This document shows, piece by piece, positions 27,196 through 33,872 of a stretch of 46,608 nucleotides of DNA. The notes under the pieces are model-generated. The model searched no databases. It saw only the letters and a program-made list of their open reading frames with translations, and was not told the origin of the DNA. The stretch is from the NCBI GenBank assembly GCA_016792605.1, contig JAEULC010000297.1:1-46608 (forward strand), read 5' to 3'. How positions within the stretch are numbered: position 1 is the first letter of the stretch; each line of letters starts with the position of its first letter. Origin of the DNA: Rhodospirillales bacterium (GTDB lineage: Bacteria > Pseudomonadota > Alphaproteobacteria > JAEULC01). The position numbers and the translations under genes are program-made.

Positions 27196-28854
27196 ATGGC
27201 CATTCCGCAGCTGATCCGCACCACCGACACCGCCACGCTGGTTCCCGTCGACGTCGGCGGCCAGCCCGTCGTCCGCGCCGCGACCGAGCTGCGCGACTTG
27301 CTGGAAACGCGGCTCGGCCCGGGCTCGTCGGGCTTCTTCGCCGAGCCTGCCGTCGCCGGCCGGCCGGGCGCGGCGGTGGACCGGGTGTCCTGGTTCGGCG
27401 AGCAGCCCGGCGAAGGCCTCGCGCTGTCGGCGCTGACCGGCGCCACCAAGACCCAGGCCGAGGACCAGCTCCGCCAGACCCTGCGTCGCCTCGCCCCGCT
27501 GATCGCCGATCCGCGCCACGGGCCGCTGCTGCGCGCGGCGCTGGTCGTGCCGGGCGACGACGACATCCGCATGGTCGCCGGCGACCCCGTGCTGACAAAC
27601 TGGGGCTTCGCGCCCCAGGGCGTCGACCCCGCCGATCCCGCCCAGATCGACCGCCACTGGCAGGCGACGCTGGGCCGCTTCGCCGCCTTTCCCTCGCCCT
27701 GGCGCGCCGGTGCCGCCGTGCTGCCGCCCGACCCCGCGCCCAACCTCAGCCCACCGCCCGCGCCCGCTGCCCCTGCCATGCCCAGCGCGCCGCCTCCCCT
27801 CGCGGCACCCGCGCCCGCGCTGCTGCCCTGGTACCAGCGCCCGACCGCCTGGGCTGGCTGCGCCGTGGCGATCCTGGTCGCGGGCGTCGCCATCGGCCTG
27901 CTGCTGCGGTTCCTGCTGCCGCCGGCCCAGGTCGCCACGCCCGAGCGACTCCGCGCCCTGATCGCGGCCCAGGTCGAGGTCAATCGCGGCCTCGAGCAGC
28001 AGGTCCAGCGCCTGCGCGGCGCGCTCGCCGGCAATGTCTGCACCGCCGACAACCCGCTCGGCGCCGGGCTGCAACAGCGTCCGGTCTTCCCCGTGGACGG
28101 CGAGCCGAAGAAGACCGAGGCGCCGCCCAAGGACGGCCCCAAGGGCCCGGATGCAAAACCCGATCTGGCGCAGGGCGACCGGCTGATCGACATGATCGAT
28201 GCCGGGACGGTGCTGGTGATCGCCGAGAACAGCAAGGGCACCGGCTTCTTCGTCGCGCCCGGCATGGTGGCCACCAACCGCCACGTCGTCGAGACCGCGA
28301 AGAACGGCAAGGCCTACATCATCAGCAAGGCGCTCGGCCGCGTGGTGCAGGCCGAGATCGTCGCCTCGACGCCGCAGGACCCCGCGCTCCTGCGCGACTA
28401 TGCGCTGCTCAAGGTCGATGGCGCAGCGTTGGAGAAGGTGAAGGTGCTGCGCATCACCGCGACGCTCGATCGGCTCGACCAGGTCGTGGCCGCCGGCTAT
28501 CCCGGCTTCGTCATCAACCACGACGCGCACTTCCAGGCGCTGATGAAGGGCGACCTCACCTCGGTCCCGGACGCCGTGGTCAGCAATGGGGTCGTCAGCA
28601 CGATCCAGTCCCAGCCCCAGGGCGCCGGCGCGATCATCCATACCGCGATCCTGTCGCACGGCAATTCCGGGGGGCCGCTGCTCGACCTGTGCGGCCGCGT
28701 CGTCGGCATCAACACGCTGATTGCGCTGGATGAGAAATCGCACCGCCAGAGCAACATCTCGCTGACCGCGCCCGACCTGGTGCAGTTCCTGAAGACCAAC
28801 AACGTGCCGGTGACGCTGTCCGACGGGCGCTGCCAGGCGCCGAAGCTGGGCTGA
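27196..28854 (+). CDS. Membrane-tethered trypsin-like (S1/chymotrypsin-fold) serine protease with N-terminal cytoplasmic domain
   Basis: 552 aa. The order is an N-terminal domain of about 150 aa, a Pro-rich segment, TM AWAGCAVAILVAGVAIGLLLRFLL, a coiled-coil and then the protease domain. The triad contexts are ATNRHVV (His 28282-28284), DYALLKV (Asp 28396-28398) and GNSGGPL (Ser 28666-28668). Confidence 0.8.
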   Translation: MAIPQLIRTTDTATLVPVDVGGQPVVRAATELRDLLETRLGPGSSGFFAEPAVAGRPGAAVDRVSWFGEQPGEGLALSALTGATKTQAEDQLRQTLRRLAPLIADPRHGPLLRAALVVPGDDDIRMVAGDPVLTNWGFAPQGVDPADPAQIDRHWQATLGRFAAFPSPWRAGAAVLPPDPAPNLSPPPAPAAPAMPSAPPPLAAPAPALLPWYQRPTAWAGCAVAILVAGVAIGLLLRFLLPPAQVATPERLRALIAAQVEVNRGLEQQVQRLRGALAGNVCTADNPLGAGLQQRPVFPVDGEPKKTEAPPKDGPKGPDAKPDLAQGDRLIDMIDAGTVLVIAENSKGTGFFVAPGMVATNRHVVETAKNGKAYIISKALGRVVQAEIVASTPQDPALLRDYALLKVDGAALEKVKVLRITATLDRLDQVVAAGYPGFVINHDAHFQALMKGDLTSVPDAVVSNGVVSTIQSQPQGAGAIIHTAILSHGNSGGPLLDLCGRVVGINTLIALDEKSHRQSNISLTAPDLVQFLKTNNVPVTLSDGRCQAPKLG

Positions 28855-28858
28855 GGCG

Positions 28859-29803
28859 ATGGCGCGCCCGGTCCTCATCGCCCATACGCCGCGCGCGAGC
28901 CTGCGCCCCCTGGGGGCGCAGGGCCAGACCGTCGCCCAGGCCCAGCAGCAGGTCGTGGCGGTGATCGCCGCCAGCCTGACGCCGCGCCATGCCCTGCTCT
29001 TCGCCGAGCCCGTTACCGATCCGGCGCGCGACCAGATCGCCTGGTACACCACCGCGGACGGCAGGGCGCAGCGCCTGGCCGAAGCGGCGCCCGAGGCGCA
29101 GCAGAAGGCACGCGAGGCGATCGCGATGCTGGCCGACGATATCCGCAAGCTCGCCGCCGGCTACATCGCCGCCCCGAACCCGCAGCAGCGCCAGCTCGGC
29201 CAGCTCATCGAGCTGGCGCAGAGCTTCCCGGGTGAGGAATGCGTGTTCCTGGTCGGCGAGCAGCCAGTCATCGTCGCCTGGGGCTATGCCTCGACCGCCG
29301 CCAGCGCCGCCGAGCCGACCACGCTGACCCGCTACGGCGTCCGCCCCGCCGGCCGGACGCGCGCCGCCCGTGCCGAGGCCGATGCCGCCGCCGCCCAGGC
29401 AGCCGCGGCCGCTTCTGCCTCTCGGGCTTCCGCTGCTTCCCGCCACGCGGCGGCGCCCGCCTGGTTGTTCTGGATCCTATTCCTGCTCGCCGGCCTGGCG
29501 GTGGGCAGCGGCGTCGCCTGGGCGATCCAGAGCGGCCCGCTGCCGATCGTCTGGACCGCCGGCGTGCCGACGGTGGTCTCCGACCCGCTCGCCGAGGGCC
29601 GCGCCGCCGAGGCCAAGCTGCGCCAGGCGATCGCGGACCTGTCGCTGCAGATCGCGCAGAAGCAACTGCAATGCACCGTGCCGCCGGCCGACGGACCGGC
29701 CCGGGCGCCGGGCGGTAGCGACTCGCCGCCTCAGACCCGACCGCAGCCAACGGATACGCCGCCGGCTCCGGCAGCGCCACCGGCCGGAGCCACGAAACCC
29801 TAG
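28859..29803 (+). CDS. Bitopic membrane protein sharing the N-terminal domain of the preceding protease; coiled-coil and Pro-rich tail
   Basis: 314 aa, starting 4 nt after the upstream stop. The N-domain aligns with the 27196 protein: LFAEP...IAWY...VFLVGEQPVIVAWGYA against FFAEP...VSWF...IRMVAGDPVLTNWGFA. The TM is WLFWILFLLAGLAVGSGVAWAI. Confidence 0.7.
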   Translation: MARPVLIAHTPRASLRPLGAQGQTVAQAQQQVVAVIAASLTPRHALLFAEPVTDPARDQIAWYTTADGRAQRLAEAAPEAQQKAREAIAMLADDIRKLAAGYIAAPNPQQRQLGQLIELAQSFPGEECVFLVGEQPVIVAWGYASTAASAAEPTTLTRYGVRPAGRTRAARAEADAAAAQAAAAASASRASAASRHAAAPAWLFWILFLLAGLAVGSGVAWAIQSGPLPIVWTAGVPTVVSDPLAEGRAAEAKLRQAIADLSLQIAQKQLQCTVPPADGPARAPGGSDSPPQTRPQPTDTPPAPAAPPAGATKP

Positions 29804-29824
29804 CTTGTCCCGCGCGTCACAGCG

Positions 29825-30445
29825 CTACTCGATTTTCAGTTCCACCTGAGCGCCGTCTGGCAAATCGGCAATCTGGCGCGCGATGTCGGCGCGAGCGCGC
29901 ATCAGGGGCAACAGGTCCGCGGCGTAGAGGTTGTCGACGGTGAACTCGCCGCCCATTACGAAGGGGATTTTCGGCGCCAGGCGCTGATCGTGCTTCAGTG
30001 CGCCGTGCGTCGCCTGCCATTGATGCGCCAGCGAATGCCCGACCATCACGTCATAGTCGCGCAGCAGCAACGTGACAAACGCCTCGAGCGTGTCCGCGGT
30101 CCGCGTGAGATCGCCGGTCTCGGGATCCAGCGTCCATACCGCGCCGCTTCGCAGGCCGAACTGGCCGCCGAAGATATCCTGACCGAAGAAAAGCACGTCC
30201 GCGGGAATCGCCGGATAGGCGCCGCGCCAGCCATCTGCACTGTTGACGTTCTCTAGCGATAGAGGCTTGGCCGGGTCGCTGGGGTAGATATGAAGCGCCG
30301 CCTCGAACGCCAGAAATCCGTTCCGTTGCGCCAGCAAGCCCGCCAACTCACGCTCAACCGCGTTTGCACCGACAAAAGCCGGCGCGGCCTTGGAGAGGGC
30401 CGGCCCACCGATTTCGAGTAACTTGGAAACAGACGTGGAGGACAT
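29825..30445 (-). CDS. SMI1/KNR4 (SUKH superfamily) immunity-like protein
   Basis: 206 aa, cytoplasmic (no signal peptide). SUKH-like features are LAGLLAQRNGFLAFEAALHIY and VLFFGQDIFGGQFGL..GAVWTLDPETGDL...TLEAFVTLLL. The C-terminal segment is PFVMGGEFTVDNLYAADL. It starts 3 nt after the stop of the nuclease gene. Confidence 0.6.
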   Translation of the reverse strand: MSSTSVSKLLEIGGPALSKAAPAFVGANAVERELAGLLAQRNGFLAFEAALHIYPSDPAKPLSLENVNSADGWRGAYPAIPADVLFFGQDIFGGQFGLRSGAVWTLDPETGDLTRTADTLEAFVTLLLRDYDVMVGHSLAHQWQATHGALKHDQRLAPKIPFVMGGEFTVDNLYAADLLPLMRARADIARQIADLPDGAQVELKIE

Positions 30446-30448
30446 TCG

Positions 30449-31120
30449 CTACTGTGTCCTTAGTTCAACTTTGGTGTTGTCGGGATACTTGCGGCATTGG
30501 GCGCCAATACAGGCTCCGGCGCCCCGATTGTCGGAGGGTGGGACCGGCCGCACGCTGGATCCCTTGCCGCCCTCCTTGAACATGGCCGGCGGATACTCGT
30601 CGCGGTCCTTGCCGGGTTGCCGCGGCTGGCCCTGCATCGACGCGGCCCGCCGCTGCGCCGCGCCTTGCCGGTCGATCGTCACGACAGCAGGCTTGCCGGC
30701 TTTCTGCGCGTCCTCGATATGCTTTGCGCTTTCGGGATACTTGTCGCGCGGAACGACGACAACAGGCCGTTGTGCCGCCTTGGCTTTGGCGTCCGCGTCG
30801 GCTTTGGCTTTCGCATCGGCCCTTGCCTTGGTATCGGCGTCGGCCTTGGCCTTTGCGGTGGCCGCGGCCTTCGCTTTCGCGTCGGCGGCAGCCTTGTCAT
30901 CGGCGGCCTTCTTTTTCTGCCGCTCGGCTTCTTCCCGCTTTTGTTGTTCCTGGCGCTTCAGATCCTGCTCGCGCCGCAGCCTGTCCTCGTCGTTCTTGCT
31001 GGCCGCGACCAGCACGCGCTTGGTCGCGCTCTCCGCAGCGGCGATATTCGCCGTCGGAAAGAGCATCTGCCCGGCGAACAAGGCGAGGAACGCAAGTACG
31101 CGAAAAACAAAACCGCACAT
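30449..31120 (-). CDS. Secreted NucA/NucB-family deoxyribonuclease with Ala/Lys/Asp low-complexity linker
   Basis: Signal peptide MCGFVFRVLAFLALFAGQMLFPTANIAAA. The C-terminal ~105 aa read KYPESAKHIEDAQKAGKPAVVTIDRQGAAQRR...GKDRDEYPPAMFKEGGKGSSVRPVPPSDNRGAGACIG...YPDNTKV. This aligns motif-for-motif with Bacillus NucB (RYPETGSHIRDAI...TIDRDGADKRR...DRDEWPMA..EEGG...V.PSDNRGAGS...YPDGTRV). Confidence 0.9.
   Translation of the reverse strand: MCGFVFRVLAFLALFAGQMLFPTANIAAAESATKRVLVAASKNDEDRLRREQDLKRQEQQKREEAERQKKKAADDKAAADAKAKAAATAKAKADADTKARADAKAKADADAKAKAAQRPVVVVPRDKYPESAKHIEDAQKAGKPAVVTIDRQGAAQRRAASMQGQPRQPGKDRDEYPPAMFKEGGKGSSVRPVPPSDNRGAGACIGAQCRKYPDNTKVELRTQ
30771..30912 (-). repeat. Imperfect short tandem repeats encoding (A/D/T)AKAKA low-complexity linker inside the nuclease gene
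   Basis: On the plus strand there are reiterated GCCTTGGC/GCTTTGGC units. They translate on the minus strand to AAADAKAKAAATAKAKADADTKARADAKAKADADAKAKAA. Confidence 0.7.
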
Positions 31121-31168
31121 GACTGCCGCTCCGTCCGCTGAACGCCAAACTCCGCTGGCGTCTACTCC

Positions 31169-32005
31169 TCAGGGCCCCTTGGCGCAAAACATCGAGAAGG
31201 CCTGGATGACATTGGCGCCCTTGTCGACCTTCATCATGTCCCAGGGCATCGTCTGGCTGTAGCTGTTCGGGTTGATCATGTCCTTGAAGGACTGCATCAG
31301 CTTGCTCTGGTCGACGCCGACATTGACCATCGGCGCCACCGCGACGGACAGGCCCGTGGCGGCCCAGCCCTTGCAGTATTCGGTTACTTGCGTGCCCCTG
31401 GTCACCGCCTTGGGATCGGGCTCGGCTTCGACCGGATCGCCGGCGGCGTCGATGCGCTCGGCCCAGACCGGCGCGGCCGGGGCGAGCGCGAAGACGGCGC
31501 GGCCATCCTTGCGCTTCTGCATCGACGCAACCTTGCCGCAGGCAACGCGCAGGCCGCCGACGAAGGCGTTGCGGTTCGCGGCCACACCTTCGAACCCGGC
31601 GACGACCAGGCCCGGCGGGCATTCCATGAACACGGCCGTGCCGCCATCCGGATTGCCGGCGTACTCGTCGCCATCATAGGCGTCGTCCGCCACCCAGCCG
31701 CAGGCGCCCTTGTCGCAGGTCACCTCGGCGCAGACCGGCCGAATGTAGTCGAGTACCGGGCCCTGCTTGATCTGCACGCCGACGATGGCGTCGCGCTTGT
31801 CGCAGCGCAGCGTGCCGATCGCCACGCTCTGCAGCGAGGGGCCCTTGCCTCCGACCTGGGACAACTCCACCTCGAACGCGGCCGGGTTGCCGCCACTGTT
31901 CTTCATCTCCAGGCCCTGGGCCCGGAGCGTGGAGGACGCGGTGCCCAGCATGGCGGCGGCGATCAGAAACTGCGTGACCTGGCGTGCCATCCTGCCCTCG
32001 CGCAT
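31169..32005 (-). CDS. Secreted hypothetical protein (Cys-containing, beta-rich)
   Basis: Only the C-terminal ~278 aa of the 609-aa ORF are protein-like. The signal peptide is M(REGRM)ARQVTQFLIAAAMLGTASSTLRAQG, with an alternative start at 31990. Eight Cys are present and no family was recognised. Confidence 0.65.
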   Translation of the reverse strand: MREGRMARQVTQFLIAAAMLGTASSTLRAQGLEMKNSGGNPAAFEVELSQVGGKGPSLQSVAIGTLRCDKRDAIVGVQIKQGPVLDYIRPVCAEVTCDKGACGWVADDAYDGDEYAGNPDGGTAVFMECPPGLVVAGFEGVAANRNAFVGGLRVACGKVASMQKRKDGRAVFALAPAAPVWAERIDAAGDPVEAEPDPKAVTRGTQVTEYCKGWAATGLSVAVAPMVNVGVDQSKLMQSFKDMINPNSYSQTMPWDMMKVDKGANVIQAFSMFCAKGP

Positions 32006-32015
32006 CGTCCTGTCC

Positions 32016-32735
32016 CTAATTCGTCTTCCGGACCGAGGGCTGCGTCGAAGTCTGGTTCTGCACCGCGCGCATCTGCTCGTCCAGCTTGCGCTTGCGCTCG
32101 GCCTCGGCGGCCTCCTTCTGGCGCTTCGTCTCGGCCTCCTGACGCTGGCGATCCAAGGCGGCGAGGCGTTGCTGGTCGAGGCTCTTCTGCGCCTCGGCCT
32201 GGCGGCGCTGGCGATCGGCCTGGGATTCGGGGCTGTTGTTCTTGAGCGCGAGCGCCTTGCGCTGCTCGGCCTGGCGCGCCTCGGCCTCGGCGCGGGCCTT
32301 GCCTTGGCCGTCGCGGCGCGTGGCGGCGTCGGCCGCGGTCTTGGCCTCGGCATCCCGGCGGATCTGGGCGTTGCGCGCCTCGGTCTTCGCGCGCTGGTCA
32401 TCGCGTTGCTTCTGCAGCGCGGTATTGCGCACGGCATCGGTCTCGGCGCCCGCCCGATTCTTGAGCGCGGCGTCGCGGCGCTGCTGCTCCTGGTTCGCCG
32501 TCCGCACCGACTGCTCCTGCGCGGCGCGGCGCTGTTCGGCGGCCTGGCGAGCCTGTTCCTGCTCGTAGCGCTGACGGATAAGCCGCTGCGCCATCGAGTC
32601 ATTTGGCGATGCCACGGGTTGCTGAACGGCCGGCGCGGCCTCGGTGCCCTGGGCCCGCGCCGGGGCGGGCGCCGGGGTGGTGAAGCTGCCAGCGGCGAGG
32701 GCCAGGAGGCCGAGGCGAAGCCAGGCAGGATGCAT
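32016..32735 (-). CDS. Secreted Q/R/A/E-rich coiled-coil low-complexity protein
   Basis: Signal peptide MHPAWLRLGLLALAAGSFTTPAPAPARAQG, followed by about 200 aa of charged Q/R/A/E-rich sequence. GGAGG lies 4 nt upstream of the ATG at 32735. Confidence 0.65.
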   Translation of the reverse strand: MHPAWLRLGLLALAAGSFTTPAPAPARAQGTEAAPAVQQPVASPNDSMAQRLIRQRYEQEQARQAAEQRRAAQEQSVRTANQEQQRRDAALKNRAGAETDAVRNTALQKQRDDQRAKTEARNAQIRRDAEAKTAADAATRRDGQGKARAEAEARQAEQRKALALKNNSPESQADRQRRQAEAQKSLDQQRLAALDRQRQEAETKRQKEAAEAERKRKLDEQMRAVQNQTSTQPSVRKTN

Positions 32736-32900
32736 GTCCCCTCCCATTTGATAGGGTCGGCCCGTGGCGCCGAGGCGCTGAAATGCCTGCGGCGCCCCCG
32801 TTCCCTGTGACCAGCATCACTTGAACGGCGGCGGCCTTCAAGTACTATGCGCCGATCCGGATAGCGGGACAGGAGCGCCATGCTCCACGGGGGTGTGCCG

Positions 32901-33872
32901 ATGTTCAGACTCTTCCACTCGCTCAGGAACTCCAGCATTGCGGGACTGGCCGTCGTGATCGCGATGCCGCCGCTCCCCGCCTTCGCAGGCTCGCCCATTC
33001 AGCTTGCCCAGGCCGCCGAGATCAACAAGCAGGCCGAACCGATCGCCGCCGGCGACGACGCAGCCCGGCGTGCGGCCCAGGACCGTGCCCAGCGCGAGCA
33101 GGCCGAGCGCAATCGCCAGGCCTACGAGGACCAGAAGCGCCGGCAGGCCGCGCAGCAGAAGCGCGACGAGGAAGACGCCAAGCGGCGCATGGAAGCCCAG
33201 CGCCGCGGCCAGAATCCCTATTCGCAGGGCAACTACAACAACGATCCGGGCGTGCAGCGCCAGAAGCTGCTCGACCGCCAGGCCGAGCTCAAGCGCCAGG
33301 AACAGGAACGCGAGCGCCAGGCCAAGGCCAAGTTCGACGCCGACATGCGCCGGGCCGAGGCGCTGGACAAGCAGCGCCAGCAGAACCAGCAGCGGCAGGT
33401 CCGACCGATGCCGCAGCAGGACCAGGCGCGCCTGAACCAGCAGCGCCAAGCGGAACAACAGCGGTCCCAGGCGGCCCAGGAACGCCAGCGCCAGCAGCAG
33501 CTGCAACAGCAAAAGCAGGCCGACCAGCAGCGTCAAGCCCAGCAGCAACGCGCGCAGCAGGACCAAGCCCGGCAGGCCCAGCTGCGACAGGCCGCCGCCG
33601 CGTCGGACAAGCAGCGACAACAGCAACAACAGAAGCAGGCCGACCAGCAACGAGCCCAGCAGCAGCGCGCGCAACAGGATCAAGCCCGCCAAGCCCAGCA
33701 GCGTCAGCAGGAGGCGGCGCGTCAGCAGGCACAGCGCGCTCAGCAGGAGCAAGCTGCCCGGGCACGAGCGGCGGAAGCCCAGCGCGCGCAGGCCGCCGCC
33801 GCACAGCGCTCGCAACGCCGCGTGGGCGACTCTGATGCGGTTCCAGATGTGGCTGGCGCAGTCGCTCAGTGA
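32901..33872 (+). CDS. Secreted glutamine-rich low-complexity protein with internal repeats
   Basis: Signal peptide MFRLFHSLRNSSIAGLAVVIAMPPLPAFA; the ORF could also start at 32880. More than 200 aa are Q/R/A-rich, including the duplicated block QQQKQADQQR(Q)AQQQRAQQDQARQAQ. Confidence 0.65.
   Translation: MFRLFHSLRNSSIAGLAVVIAMPPLPAFAGSPIQLAQAAEINKQAEPIAAGDDAARRAAQDRAQREQAERNRQAYEDQKRRQAAQQKRDEEDAKRRMEAQRRGQNPYSQGNYNNDPGVQRQKLLDRQAELKRQEQERERQAKAKFDADMRRAEALDKQRQQNQQRQVRPMPQQDQARLNQQRQAEQQRSQAAQERQRQQQLQQQKQADQQRQAQQQRAQQDQARQAQLRQAAAASDKQRQQQQQKQADQQRAQQQRAQQDQARQAQQRQQEAARQQAQRAQQEQAARARAAEAQRAQAAAAQRSQRRVGDSDAVPDVAGAVAQ
33507..33708 (+). repeat. Two imperfect ~82-bp direct repeat units (about 120 bp period) inside the Q-rich gene
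   Basis: Unit 1 (33507-33590) is CAGCAAAAGCAGGCCGACCAGCAGCGTCAAGCCCAGCAGCAACGCGCGCAGCAGGACCAAGCCCGGCAGGCCCAG. Unit 2 (about 33627-33708) is CAACAGAAGCAGGCCGACCAGCAACGAGCCCAGCAGCAGCGCGCGCAACAGGATCAAGCCCGCCAAGCCCAG. Unit 2 has one codion fewer. Confidence 0.7.

Noticed and set aside
25836-29148. 824-aa and 687-aa minus-strand ORFs (25836-28310 and 27085-29148) overlapping the Sel1 and protease genes
   Set aside because: Both are extremely Arg/Gly/Ala/Pro-rich and overlap each other. The plus-strand frames encode a full Ser-protease triad, TM helices and Sel1 repeats.
30771-30912. Reiterated GCCTTGGC/GCTTTGGC units that could superficially suggest a repeat array or CRISPR-like element
   Set aside because: The units are 6-9 nt, contiguous and in frame within the nuclease ORF, where they encode an AKAKAD low-complexity linker. 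There is no repeat-spacer architecture and no cas genes.
32838-33815. 325-aa Leu-rich minus-strand ORF antisense to the Q-rich gene
   Set aside because: CTG/CAG complementarity makes a poly-Leu shadow of a poly-Gln gene. The plus frame has a proper signal peptide and SD, so I chose it, although neither frame has a known family.
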